In this document: positions 38,600 to 48,236 of the stretch, in pieces
How positions within the stretch are numbered: the first letter of the stretch is position 1
Layout: the number at the start of each line of letters is the position of its first letter
From: a virus
Lineage: Duplodnaviria > Caudoviricetes
DNA length: 64,000 nucleotides
IMG/VR virus record: IMGVR_UViG_3300036976_000011
Span: 1-64,000 of that record
Strand: one strand, 5' to 3'
Position numbers and translations under genes: made by a program
The notes under the pieces: generated by a model
The model's input: the letters and a program-made list of their open reading frames with translations, nothing else
Told to the model about the DNA's origin: nothing
Database searches by the model: none

Positions 38600-38878
38600 T
38601 CATTCTCGCATGCGTGGACAAATCCACACGCCAGCATCAGTCGCCCATTCTATGTACGCCTCTTTCAGAACGTCATAATCAACGTCCCAGGTTCCATCGT
38701 AAGGGTCATCCCCAACAGACAATCCCCTCTCTTTGCAAAAATCGAGAAAGTCCTGTTCTTCTTCAATGTTCAGTGAATTTAGGTCTCTGATTATTCCCCA
38801 ATTGCCTTTTGTGGCGTTCCAGGCCCTTTTTCGTTCTTCGATCATTGATTTCTCCTTCCTGAAACAAAAGCCACTCAA
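38600..38878 (-). CDS. hypothetical protein
   Basis: AAGGAG RBS before MIEE. Confidence 0.55.
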   Translation of the reverse strand: MSGFCFRKEKSMIEERKRAWNATKGNWGIIRDLNSLNIEEEQDFLDFCKERGLSVGDDPYDGTWDVDYDVLKEAYIEWATDAGVWICPRMRE

Positions 38879-38914
38879 GTCTGGCTACCCGGCAAAGAGG
38901 TCTTGCCGGGCTGG

Positions 38915-39199
38915 CTATTGCTCTCCCCAGTGCTGAAATTCAACTATAGAATTGGTCCAGTGATTTGCCCAATCGTCAGCGTCGGCGTTGGCGTAGACTA
39001 TTCCGTCAATGCACTCTACCTCTGCCCCTGCCGGTGTGGCAAGTTTCATGCTTTCGCCCCACGCGAATGTAATGTGTCCATACAGTTGATGGGGAGATCC
39101 GGCGCTGAATGTGTTAGTTGACCGCTCGTAGATGTCGCGTGCAATAGATGCGTCTTTCGCGCTTACAATTTTGTCATCGTCAAATCTGTAGAGGTGCAT
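38915..39199 (-). CDS. hypothetical protein
   Basis: AGGAG RBS. Confidence 0.6.
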   Translation of the reverse strand: MHLYRFDDDKIVSAKDASIARDIYERSTNTFSAGSPHQLYGHITFAWGESMKLATPAGAEVECIDGIVYANADADDWANHWTNSIVEFQHWGEQ

Positions 39200-39548
39200 G
39201 GTATCTCCTATTTGGCGTCAAATCCCATCGTATCTCATAGTCATCCGTCTCGGCTTTATCCGCGCATTCGGTCCAGTCTTGCACTTCAATATCACCATTT
39301 TTTTTCTGTGGCTCGCAAGTGACAGACGCGAATTTGATATGGTGTCGTCACGCGCCATTTAGACCGGTCGTTGCTCAGGCGATAGACCGGCATAGGATGA
39401 TACTCAAATCCACAATAGTGACACTTATCCATGCTTGCACCTACCTTCTAGCCCACTTCTACAATACCATCCCAAATGGCCGCTGTCCACGTAGCCCAAC
39501 TCGTGCAACAGCGGCCATAGTATATCAATGGTGTGTCGGTGCATCATA

Positions 39549-39890
39549 TCAAATTTCTCTCGACACGCTACGGATGATAGCCATTTCACGAATGTAGTGT
39601 CCCGGCATAGACTCACCGCGCCAGTGCTCCGGGCGGTGAGGGTTGCACTCATAGTGGTGCTGAAGGGCTTGGCGGAAATTGACCTCATCCTGCTCTAATG
39701 GTTCAGCGCCGGTCAGGCGTGGGATGGTGAATTTGATGATGTAGAACGGCTGTTCCTGTGGACTGTATTTGCTCAGGTCGTGAATTCTGGCCTGCAGTTC
39801 AGGTACACCCAACTCGCGGCACTGTTGCGCGACTAGTTCACGGTGTTGCTCCACTCGCTCTCTGTATGCCTGTACGTAGATATGATTCAT
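39549..39890 (-). CDS. hypothetical protein
   Basis: ATGA overlap. Confidence 0.55.
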   Translation of the reverse strand: MNHIYVQAYRERVEQHRELVAQQCRELGVPELQARIHDLSKYSPQEQPFYIIKFTIPRLTGAEPLEQDEVNFRQALQHHYECNPHRPEHWRGESMPGHYIREMAIIRSVSREI

Positions 39891-40198
39891 TCTACCATCC
39901 CCAACGTCTCAGGGTCTAGCGTAATTAGCCCATGTGTCAGCTTGAAATCCTCAGCGCGGACTGCGACTACGGGGGTGAATTGGGCAAGGGCGGTGACGGT
40001 GCGCCCTTGCATGAGTCGTATAAATTGCCCCGTGTCGAGTTCGACACGGAACATGATCACCCCGCACTCGAACAGCAGGGTCATGGTTGATTGAGGCGTA
40101 CCCGCGTTCTCATCTTTGTGTTCCTGTAGTCGCATGGTGACGTCGGCGGGGTCTTGGTTGATCTCGACCATTTCATCGTCAATTTCTATTTCCCACAT
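39887..40198 (-). CDS. hypothetical protein
   Basis: GAGGTG RBS. Confidence 0.6.
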   Translation of the reverse strand: MWEIEIDDEMVEINQDPADVTMRLQEHKDENAGTPQSTMTLLFECGVIMFRVELDTGQFIRLMQGRTVTALAQFTPVVAVRAEDFKLTHGLITLDPETLGMVE

Positions 40199-40202
40199 TG
40201 GT

Positions 40203-41174
40203 TCACCTCGCTACGCGTGCCCCCTGGTGATACTTGGCCGGCATTTCTCTCCACGCCACGCCATCCAGGTGGTGTCCGGCATGGGCTTTGCCGACGCGAT
40301 ACATCTCAGGCCAGCCGTCGCGCTGGTAAGTCCTTGACGCGGAAACCGGCATAATTTCATCAATAGTTTCCTGCGGCATGTTTACGGAATCTACCCATGC
40401 CCCCCACTGCTTGAAAAAGTACTTAGTTCCGTTCGCCTGACATTGGTCCCGTAGACTTCGCGCCCAGTCAGGATGCATGGGGCGTGCGCCGAGGCCTGTC
40501 TCACCGCCAACAATCACGAGAGAAATTGCCCGACGCTCCGCTTTGCCAATATTCTCCCACTGCTCAGTATTACAGCAGTCGCAAAAAGAGCTACCATGTT
40601 GCCAATCGCGGCAGTTGGGACACCGCCACTGTTGCAGGTATGGTTCCAGGTCAATCTCAGACAACAGCGGTTCACAACTCACAAACCGCACTGCCGCTGG
40701 CGTCTGCAAAAGGAGCGGTATACGCTCGTCGGCGGCTTTCTGGTTCTCGATGGTGACGCCGAGCCACAGATTAGGATAGGCCGCCTCTTTGGCATGACGC
40801 CACAAATATGCCATGCGCTTGGGGCGCTTGGTCAGGATTTGAAATGTGTGCTGTGGACACTTTGCGATAATGGCGAGTACGTCAAAAATGAACGCATCAG
40901 GCACGTCATCGTGAAACAAATCTCCCATAAACTGCACCCCAATCCGCGCTGGCTTCTTACGCCTTAGCGGTTTCTCAAGCCGGTCCTCAACCAACAGCGG
41001 CGGAATCTCGCCAGCGTAGGCCGCACGTTCATCGTCGGATATTTTTGGATTGCCAGCCAGTCGATTCGCCATGCGCAAGTGCCAGCAGTTGTCACAGCCT
41101 GCGGAAATCGGCTGGCAGCGCATGACGATTGGATTCCAGCTAAAATCCATGTATTCTATGCCTGTCTTGTTCAT
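40203..41174 (-). CDS. phage Gp37/Gp68 (DUF5131) protein
   Basis: T.IEYMD.SWNP..C..ISAGCDNC, MGDLFH, QILTKRP, FVSCEPLL, GGETG..ARPMHPDW, FFKQWG; carries a CPNC..CDCC insertion. Confidence 0.9.
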   Translation of the reverse strand: MNKTGIEYMDFSWNPIVMRCQPISAGCDNCWHLRMANRLAGNPKISDDERAAYAGEIPPLLVEDRLEKPLRRKKPARIGVQFMGDLFHDDVPDAFIFDVLAIIAKCPQHTFQILTKRPKRMAYLWRHAKEAAYPNLWLGVTIENQKAADERIPLLLQTPAAVRFVSCEPLLSEIDLEPYLQQWRCPNCRDWQHGSSFCDCCNTEQWENIGKAERRAISLVIVGGETGLGARPMHPDWARSLRDQCQANGTKYFFKQWGAWVDSVNMPQETIDEIMPVSASRTYQRDGWPEMYRVGKAHAGHHLDGVAWREMPAKYHQGARVAR

Positions 41175-41312
41175 GTCAGATTCTCTCCTCAAGCAAATCC
41201 CTAACTGCCTCTTTCGCCTCATCGGCCTCTAATCCAAGCGTCCAGAATAGCACAAAGGCGCGGTCAAGCTGTTCATGCTTCAGATATTTTTGAATCTGGT
41301 CAACTATCTCTA

Positions 41313-41403
41313 CGGTCCACCCTCGCGCCCACGGGGGAACCGAGAGACCGTAGTCTCTGGCGATTACCTGGTCACGGTCCACCCTCGCGCCCACGGGGGA
41401 ACC
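41313..41403 (-). CRISPR. mini-array: two identical 29-nt type I-E-like repeats and one 33-nt spacer
   Basis: GGTTCCCCCGTGGGCGCGAGGGTGGACCG at 41375-41403 and 41313-41341 (period 62); spacer TGACCAGGTAATCGCCAGAGACTACGGTCTCTC. Confidence 0.8.
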
Positions 41404-41600
41404 ACTAGGAATTTCCCGTGTAATGATTTCCCCGCGTGCATAGGGTTTTTAATGTCCAGTGTCCTCTCTGTGGCCCTCCCGTATTTTTCAACGGTACGAC
41501 ATCCACAGTCTTAGACACATTCACATTAAATTTGCAGACAATTGTCTCAGATGATCCGCTCTGACTCCGGCTAGCCGAAGCTGGAAGGCTTGTGCCTGCC
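41404..41600 (-). ncRNA. putative TnpB omegaRNA scaffold, continuous with the mini-array
   Basis: Overlaps the tnpB 3' end (GCCGGAGTCAGAGCGGATC...GGATGTCGTA pattern); contains CACGCGGGAA and CACGGGAA segments complementary to the repeat. Confidence 0.6.
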
Positions 41601-43052
41601 ATTTGCAGATTTAGCATCCCTAAACGCCATCTGTAGGAGCGGACCCGCACCCGACCAGCTTTCTTTCGCGTGGTCCGCGTTTAGGGTATCATTCTCGACA
41701 CATCTTGCTAGAAATGCCGAGTAAAGATCACGTTGAGCCTCTATGCCACATTCGCACTCGTGCCAACGTTGCGACAGAGGTTTTTTCTCTATCGTGCCGC
41801 AGCCGTGGCATATCTGGCTCAGTCTGGTACGATACGTCGAAAACTCCTCGACCCGACCGCCCGCGCCCTCAGTCTTGCGTCGCAACATCTCAACGAACGT
41901 ACCCGGTGCGCGCTTCCCGACCGATCTACCATACTGGCGCTGAAAGGCCCGGTAGGACAACTTTTCGGTCTTGACAACGTTGCCCATCCCAAGCACGCGG
42001 TTGGCAAGCCGGCCGTGCAGGCTCTTGCGGTACTCGGCCTGCCGGCGCTGCAACTCGGCCAGTTTCGCTTCCGTCTTGAGCATACGTTTGGACTTGTTGC
42101 GTGGTCTCTTGTCCTTGATGGCGCGCCCCTTTTCGTCGTAGCAGTCGGGGTTATTGGCACGCCGTTGTCGGTCCAACTTGCGCTGCAAAATCCGTATCTC
42201 GTGCTCGATGTCCTCAAGCTCTGCGCAGAATTGGACCAGAAAGGCGTCGTCCTCGCCTACTACTGCGACGGTGGACGGCCCAATGTCTAGGCCGACGACA
42301 GCGCCGTCAACTGTGGGATGTCGTTGTAGGGGATGGCCCTCTAGCACCAACTGGGCGTAGAACCGGTTGCGCCCGCTGATGACCTTGAGGATGATGCGCA
42401 CGTATTTGACCCGACAACCGAGGCCGTGGGCGTGGGTTGGGTCGTCCCGGTCCACGACGGCGGGTATTTCCAGGTCGCGCCACTGAACGTAATTGCCCTT
42501 GTCCCGCCAGCGCAAGCCCTGCAAGTTGGTGATGTTCTCCACGCTGCGCACCTGGCCGTACCGTTTGAATCTTGGCTTGCCGCAAAGGTCGCAGCGCCGG
42601 GTCTCTTTGGGTTTCTTGCACCTTCGACCATTCTTGCACGGCCTGTCGGTCCCAAACCGGTAACGGTTGACGCTCGTCCAAACACGAGCCGTAACAGCCT
42701 TGACCTCTTGGCTGCCCAGGTGGTCACGAATCCAGGAGTGTGTAAACTGTGTCGCCCAACTCATCAAATCGTATTTGCGTATGCCCACGGCTGCATCCGC
42801 TTGACGAAAGGCTTCTACCCGCGCCTTGTATTGTGCTTTTTGAGTAACCGTGGCGTCTTTCCCGTTTCTGCCCCTGGGCATCTTGCAGGCACGTCGGAAA
42901 GCCTTGGACTCGCGCAACAACTTCAACCGCTTCAGGCCCTCGCCCAATACGGCGTTGTGAACCTGGCGGGCGGTCTCAAAGCGCACCAGGAGTTTTTTTT
43001 CCTGACACGGCGTTGTCTTTAATGGCAATTCTAAAATAAATGTCTTGCTCAT
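41571..43052 (-). CDS. tnpB: TnpB RNA-guided nuclease (IS200/IS605 family), no tnpA
   Basis: RuvC-I VGLDIG, RuvC-II KTEKLS, CHGC..CECG zinc finger, RuvC-III QRDLYSA. All three catalytic acidic residues are present. Confidence 0.93.
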   Translation of the reverse strand: MSKTFILELPLKTTPCQEKKLLVRFETARQVHNAVLGEGLKRLKLLRESKAFRRACKMPRGRNGKDATVTQKAQYKARVEAFRQADAAVGIRKYDLMSWATQFTHSWIRDHLGSQEVKAVTARVWTSVNRYRFGTDRPCKNGRRCKKPKETRRCDLCGKPRFKRYGQVRSVENITNLQGLRWRDKGNYVQWRDLEIPAVVDRDDPTHAHGLGCRVKYVRIILKVISGRNRFYAQLVLEGHPLQRHPTVDGAVVGLDIGPSTVAVVGEDDAFLVQFCAELEDIEHEIRILQRKLDRQRRANNPDCYDEKGRAIKDKRPRNKSKRMLKTEAKLAELQRRQAEYRKSLHGRLANRVLGMGNVVKTEKLSYRAFQRQYGRSVGKRAPGTFVEMLRRKTEGAGGRVEEFSTYRTRLSQICHGCGTIEKKPLSQRWHECECGIEAQRDLYSAFLARCVENDTLNADHAKESWSGAGPLLQMAFRDAKSANGRHKPSSFG

Positions 43053-43059
43053 TCTCTGG

Positions 43060-43219
43060 CCTAACAAAAAACCAACCCCGTCGGTGCTTGTTCCTGTCAC
43101 AGAGTCAAGCCGGGGTTGGCTAGCATCGCCAGTCTGGCGCTATGCCTAAAAAACAAAAAGCTCCGACCTGACTAACTCTGTGACGATTCTATCGTATCAT
43201 GGTTCAAGCATAGTGTCAA
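43060..43219 (-). promoter_or_regulatory. tnpB promoter and structured 5' leader
   Basis: TTGACA-17-TACGAT (43191-43219); GTCACAGAGT/ACTCTGTGAC stem, GCATAGCGCCAG/CTGGCGATGC hairpin, CCAACCCCG/CGGGGTTGG pairing. Confidence 0.7.
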
Positions 43220-43309
43220 GCGGATCACCCTTCCCGCTTCAATCGTTTGGTGCGCAGTGCCCCTATCATACTCCCACTACGGCGATATGCAAGCCGCACA
43301 GCGTCAAAG

Positions 43310-43624
43310 CTATGCTAATTCCCACCTGCCCCGCTCTGGATTGACAACATGCCCCTTCTTTTTCGCCAGTGACAGGGCTGACCGCGTGTGCGGCAGTGAT
43401 ATCCCCATGTGCGCCGCTATTCCCGCTGGCGTATGTCGTCCGTCACGGATAGCGGTAAGAATGGCTTCGCGGCGCATGGGCTTGCGCCCGTCTTTGGTGC
43501 TAGGGCAGCGCCCGACGAGAGGATACCAGCGGTATGAAGTATCACGATTGCGCTCCCTGCGCTGCATGACGGCGCAAAAGACACAACGGCGATACACGCC
43601 TTCCAGTCTCCACTTATGGGCCAT
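43310..43624 (-). CDS. zinc-finger plus winged-helix protein
   Basis: CVFC..; ILTAIRDG..TPAGIA.HMGIS...RSALS.A.KKGHV. Confidence 0.6.
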   Translation of the reverse strand: MAHKWRLEGVYRRCVFCAVMQRRERNRDTSYRWYPLVGRCPSTKDGRKPMRREAILTAIRDGRHTPAGIAAHMGISLPHTRSALSLAKKKGHVVNPERGRWELA

Positions 43625-43970
43625 AGCGCAAACTCAAAAGTTTTGTTTTTGTTTTATTGATACGCCTCAGCTCTGTTGTAGCTTTTCGCTGCTCTCGCTT
43701 GCTAACTGGGTCTGGCGTACCATCTGGCAAGACCATGCGATTTTCCGCATACAGGTACGCCTCCTCAGCGTACCTGGCGAGGAGCCTATCCACGTCGTCA
43801 AGTGCAGCATTGACGACTCGCTCAATTTCTCTCTGCGCTCGCTCTAGTGGACGGAGCAAGTCGTCCGCGTTACAATAATCGCGCTTTTTGAGAAATTTTA
43901 CAAGAGAGCTAACACTTTTCCGCGCTTGATCCAATCGGTTCATTTCCCACCTCGACTTTATCATCTGCAT
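43614..43970 (-). CDS. hypothetical protein
   Basis: Coupled ORF. Confidence 0.55.
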   Translation of the reverse strand: MQMIKSRWEMNRLDQARKSVSSLVKFLKKRDYCNADDLLRPLERAQREIERVVNAALDDVDRLLARYAEEAYLYAENRMVLPDGTPDPVSKREQRKATTELRRINKTKTKLLSLRYGP

Positions 43971-44500
43971 TCTATAATATCACAGAACACAGATAAAATC
44001 AAGCGTTTTCAGGAATTTCTAACCTTTGTGGAGCTTTTCGTTTCACGCGCCGTTTGCAAGCGCGCCTGTGTCGCTCAAAATTGGCCCTAGCCAGTCCGCG
44101 TATTTTCACCGTCCCGAATGCGCCGGCGTGCCCAGGGACGCCCCAATACCAGGCAGGGAACCTTTTCTTGCAATGGGGGCAAACATAGTGATTGCTCATA
44201 ATAATAAACTTGGGCGTGCAATGCCTTGCGCGCCTCTGCACAAAAGCACGGGGCAAAGCACGCCCGGCGAGTTTGGGAGACTCGCTTTTACAGCTAATCC
44301 ATCGCCCGCCACAACATGGCGAACATCAACACGACGACGATAACCGATGCAAACTCTATCATTTTCAGCTACTTGATTTTTTCGCGGCAGTCGTCACAGT
44401 ATCCCCAGTTGCCACAGCTCGGGCAAATCGGGCGACCGCACGCGCCGCACGTTTGGTTGGTTTCATTTCCGCATTGGCATTTCACCGTTTTTTCTCCTTT

Positions 44501-44731
44501 TTAAAACATCCTTAGTTGTGCATCCTCTTTCACCAGAACATCTACAACGTCCCACTCGTCAAATCGCCGCCGCGCCCACTCCTCAAGCGCCAGCAGGGCG
44601 CTGTTCTGCGTACCGTGGTCGTGGACCCGGACGTGTAGCCGGTCGTGTATCCTGACACAACCGTGCCAGCCGCTCGCGTCCTGGTAGAGCGCGGGACGGC
44701 CTGAGTTGCGGCAGATTGTACAGGCGAGCAT
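44501..44731 (-). CDS. hypothetical protein
   Basis: GGGAG RBS. Confidence 0.55.
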   Translation of the reverse strand: MLACTICRNSGRPALYQDASGWHGCVRIHDRLHVRVHDHGTQNSALLALEEWARRRFDEWDVVDVLVKEDAQLRMF

Positions 44732-44733
44732 TG

Positions 44734-44976
44734 TTATTCTCCCAGGCCCATCGCCGCTTGCGCGACCTGCTCAAGCTCTAGTGGTACCACTTCAATATTT
44801 TCAAATTCAATATTGACCGCTGCATACTTTACCCCTTCTGGCATACCTGGATTATAGTCACTGTACCACTCGCCACACTCCCAGTATTGGGCGTATTGTC
44901 TGACCGCTTCTACGATGGCCCATTTACTAGGGCGCGTAGGCGCTTCAAGCACGAATTCAACTTTTATTTTGACCAT
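44734..44976 (-). CDS. hypothetical protein
   Basis: Coupled ORF. Confidence 0.55.
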   Translation of the reverse strand: MVKIKVEFVLEAPTRPSKWAIVEAVRQYAQYWECGEWYSDYNPGMPEGVKYAAVNIEFENIEVVPLELEQVAQAAMGLGE

Positions 44977-45000
44977 TTCGCTCCAAGTTGTCCAGCAACG

Positions 45001-45303
45001 TCATAGGTCCCAATTCTCCACCACGCGGTCCCAGTCCACCTCGTCTGGCGAGGCGTCCGACTGGCCTGCGTCCAGTAAGCCGGTGAACTGCTCCTGTATC
45101 ATTGGCAAGCGCAAGATGTTCACGCCATTCTTTTCTATGCCAGCCATGAGCGTCGGTACACCTTTGATGAACGCCGTAATCGCGCAACTTGCACACACGC
45201 CGTCTGGTGTGGACGAGCGTTTGAGCAATCTCGTATTGGGGCTGTCGTCCGAGGGCGCGACCCGGCAGGGGGTCCCACAGCGGGAACAGGTTGTTTCATT
45301 CAT
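45001..45303 (-). CDS. zinc-finger hypothetical protein
   Basis: CSRCGTPC..CASC. Confidence 0.6.
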   Translation of the reverse strand: MNETTCSRCGTPCRVAPSDDSPNTRLLKRSSTPDGVCASCAITAFIKGVPTLMAGIEKNGVNILRLPMIQEQFTGLLDAGQSDASPDEVDWDRVVENWDL

Positions 45304-46150
45304 TTGTTTGTTCTCCTCTATAAGTTAGGTCCATCGCGGCCTGCGTCACTGTCACCTCGTTGTTCTCCGGTATAGACCAGAACGACGGCTGGCGCAGCCG
45401 GTCCACGGCGATGCGGCAGTACTCCTCGCTGATTTCTATGCCGACGCAACGGCGTCCCTCGTTCTGTGCGGCAACCAGGGTTGTGCCTGAGCCGCAGGTA
45501 TTGTCCAGAATGATGTCACCTGGATTGGTGTAGGTACGGACAAGGATAGACAGGAGCTTCACTGGCTTTTGCGTATGATGTAAAACAGGTCTGTCTTTCT
45601 TAAAGTACAGAACGCTACGCAAGTAAGTGCCATCTTTTGGATATGTTATCTGCTTGGTTGGGTTAGGACGATAGCTGATATCATTTAGCCGCTTTGACTT
45701 TTCTCTATACTTTGTTGTCTCTGCTAGAGTTGCTTTTCTGCCAGAAAAAACAATTGGATTGTAAGTGGCCTTATTCTTTGCATTAGGATGATAGTAGCGT
45801 GATGAAAATACAAGTATGCTTTCATGTACATGATTTGGTCTGTGACCAGAGAGGATAAATGCTGCGCCACCGTCTTTCTCCCATATTAACTCATGCCTAA
45901 ACCATTCCAAATTAGACATCACCAATTGACTCGTAAACGGTTGACTCCCAAACAACACTGCCAGATTGCTCAACCGCTTGCATTCTTTCCATAGTGGTTC
46001 TAGCGGAATCACCGAATCCCACTTGCAGGATGTCACGCCATAGGGCCAATCTGATATGATAGCATTGAAAGGCCCGTCAAGGCGTGGCATGATCTCAAGG
46101 CAATCGCCCAAGTAGATTGTGATTCCGCCTTTTTGGTAATAGGGCTTCAT
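45296..46150 (-). CDS. N4C/N6A DNA methyltransferase (second)
   Basis: GDCLEIM, SDWPYG, HTQKPVKL, LDNTCGSGTT, GIEISEEYC. Confidence 0.92.
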   Translation of the reverse strand: MKPYYQKGGITIYLGDCLEIMPRLDGPFNAIISDWPYGVTSCKWDSVIPLEPLWKECKRLSNLAVLFGSQPFTSQLVMSNLEWFRHELIWEKDGGAAFILSGHRPNHVHESILVFSSRYYHPNAKNKATYNPIVFSGRKATLAETTKYREKSKRLNDISYRPNPTKQITYPKDGTYLRSVLYFKKDRPVLHHTQKPVKLLSILVRTYTNPGDIILDNTCGSGTTLVAAQNEGRRCVGIEISEEYCRIAVDRLRQPSFWSIPENNEVTVTQAAMDLTYRGEQTNE

Positions 46151-46238
46151 TTCGCCTCAATCTCTCCGCGATACCAGGTGGCCCAGTCCAGCACGTCGGA
46201 CTGGTATAGCTGTACGCCGCCGCTGGCAAAGAACGCTT

Positions 46239-46469
46239 TCACTCCAACACCCACTTCTGAGCGTACCGCACACCCTCTACCCGCTCTTGCCCAATGAAGA
46301 CCATCCGGTCCTCGCTGACCATTTTCAACGTGGCGTGTTCTAGTGTGTATCTGACATGCCCGTCAATAGAGACATGCGCCACGCTGTCATGGTAAGAGAA
46401 ATCGCACTCAATAGGCTGTGGTTCTGTTGGCCGACCTTTATTCAGTTGGATGTATAGTGTTGCTTTCAT
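46239..46469 (-). CDS. hypothetical protein
   Basis: Coupled ORF. Confidence 0.55.
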   Translation of the reverse strand: MKATLYIQLNKGRPTEPQPIECDFSYHDSVAHVSIDGHVRYTLEHATLKMVSEDRMVFIGQERVEGVRYAQKWVLE

Positions 46470-46858
46470 CGCTCTATCCCCGCCAGCGCCAAATCGTACT
46501 CATCCCACGCCTCTCCGAGCACCATCTGCCCCATCCTCACGCGCACCTCGCAGGCCGCTCGTGTGATAATATCACATTTATCACAACCGCCGACGCACGA
46601 AGCAGTCCGGTACTCTGGAAAGACTGGGTAGGTATCCTCTTGATATAAAAGCGGTTCAATCAGACCGGCGCGTTCTAGCCATAACCTGACAGTAGAGTGA
46701 GGTGTCTCGTTGCAAATCTGACCTATTTGGTGCATATTGTGCAATTCATCCCAGAGTTCAGCAAGCCGTTCTTGCCCAGGGTGGTTTTTGCACGAGCGTT
46801 CGTGCTGATAGTACCCGCGTGGGTCCACTTCTGACTGGCAATGTGGGCAAGTTTTCAC
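46466..46858 (-). CDS. zinc-finger/HTH hypothetical protein
   Basis: CPHC..H..SC; HSTVRLWL. Confidence 0.6.
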   Translation of the reverse strand: MKTCPHCQSEVDPRGYYQHERSCKNHPGQERLAELWDELHNMHQIGQICNETPHSTVRLWLERAGLIEPLLYQEDTYPVFPEYRTASCVGGCDKCDIITRAACEVRVRMGQMVLGEAWDEYDLALAGIER

Positions 46859-47391
46859 CGCTTCACCCCCAAATCAAAATCTACCTGCCCTATTTCCGCC
46901 AGCATGTCCAAGAGCGCCTGGTCGCACACCGTAGACGTGTACGGTGTACTGACGGCGATGAACAAATGTACTGGACTGGTGATTTCTGGCAGTGGCATCC
47001 CTCGGCGCTCTTTGACTACAGCGCCATTGGCCTGCGCCAGCGTGATCCAATTTCCGCAGTCAAGCTGACCGGTGTAATTTTCGGCGTCACAGTGCTCGTC
47101 CCAATCTAATACCACATCGCCGGGCCGCAACCACTCTACAATGTCGGCGTGGCAGTCGCGCACAACGACCGGCCCGGCAATGTCCAGCGTCATGAGCCAT
47201 TGGCGAATGCGCTCAAATTCTGCCAGGGCGTCGTCGCGTTCTTGACCGCCCTCGCCACGTCCTCGCCCTCGCCCCACGCACCCACCACACTGCCACGCAC
47301 ATTGCGCCTGTGGCTTGCCTGGAATACGGCAGTCGCCCGTAAGGTAATCGAGGTCAAGGCTAATCCAAACGACCATATCCGCGCATGTCAT
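46855..47391 (-). CDS. hypothetical protein (UPF0489-like DxHxD motifs?)
   Basis: SLDLDY, DCHADI, DWDEHCD. Confidence 0.55.
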   Translation of the reverse strand: MTCADMVVWISLDLDYLTGDCRIPGKPQAQCAWQCGGCVGRGRGRGEGGQERDDALAEFERIRQWLMTLDIAGPVVVRDCHADIVEWLRPGDVVLDWDEHCDAENYTGQLDCGNWITLAQANGAVVKERRGMPLPEITSPVHLFIAVSTPYTSTVCDQALLDMLAEIGQVDFDLGVKR

Positions 47392-47397
47392 TATCTC

Positions 47398-47883
47398 TCA
47401 CACCACAAAATCATTGCCTGGATAAATAGTTATCTCATGTGTCAGGCACTTGATTAGCGTTTTATACCAAAGATTGCCTATATCTGACGTGCACTCCTGC
47501 CCGTTATCCGCACCGGGCCAGCCCGCTGTCAAGAATGGAAATTCTCCGTTATGATGTTCGCCGGTGCAATGAAAATAGATTCCTAGTTCATATTTGAAAA
47601 ACTGAACGGCTGCACAAAATTGATAATCCGGGCTGCAAACTTCTACTATGCTCCCAGATTTGTACATTTGGGAAAAATCAATAGGATGCTCTGGCTGCAG
47701 CAGATAGAGCAAGCGGTAAAGAGCTTTTGGTGTATCTGGCACTGCACAGCTACCACATGGCATGGTTTTCACAGGACGATTACCATGCGCATAATCATGG
47801 ACTCTGTAGCACTGCCTGAATAATTCGAGTGGTTCTTCATTTGCGTCAACTAGTTTTTGAATGATGCGTAATTTTTTTAGCAT
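47398..47883 (-). CDS. hypothetical protein
   Basis: GAGG RBS; AT-richer. Confidence 0.6.
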   Translation of the reverse strand: MLKKLRIIQKLVDANEEPLELFRQCYRVHDYAHGNRPVKTMPCGSCAVPDTPKALYRLLYLLQPEHPIDFSQMYKSGSIVEVCSPDYQFCAAVQFFKYELGIYFHCTGEHHNGEFPFLTAGWPGADNGQECTSDIGNLWYKTLIKCLTHEITIYPGNDFVV

Positions 47884-47916
47884 TTCAAATGCCTCTCAAC
47901 CAGCGCCATTGCCCTG

Positions 47917-48081
47917 TCAACCTTCGAGAGGATATGCAGCGCCAGACTCCTCTAGCCAGCGCAGCACTTCAATTATCCCCTCCTCATAGCTCATGCCGGG
48001 AAACTTTGAGCCTTGGTCTATGCCTTCGGCTGCATCGTTGTAAAGTTGCTCGATTTCCTCTTTTGTCCTTATGATTTGCAT
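47917..48081 (-). CDS. small acidic protein
   Basis: AGGAG RBS; MQIIRTKEEIEQLY. Confidence 0.6.
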   Translation of the reverse strand: MQIIRTKEEIEQLYNDAAEGIDQGSKFPGMSYEEGIIEVLRWLEESGAAYPLEG

Positions 48082-48236
48082 GATATCTCCTGTACGGTTG
48101 GGGCGCGTCCTCACACTGTCGGCACGCGCCCCTTCAGTTGTTGTCCGACCAGTGCCACCGGTCGGGTGCGACAGCGCCGCCTCAATGGCGCTGCTAGTGG
48201 CACGTGACAGACTCAAACTGTCTCGGATTGAGGCCG

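Noticed and set aside
41342-41374. Self-target for spacer 1
   Set aside because: Only short 8-10 nt hits (e.g. near 7815 and 13581) without a TTGAC motif. The manual search was not exhaustive.
41176-41394. 72-aa ORF spanning the mini-array
   Set aside because: The start lies within the repeat and has no RBS; the 3' half could be a gene remnant, but this is unsupported.
41313-43250. Active IS200/IS605 transposon
   Set aside because: No tnpA in the window and no typical right-end hairpin; treated as a domesticated TnpB.
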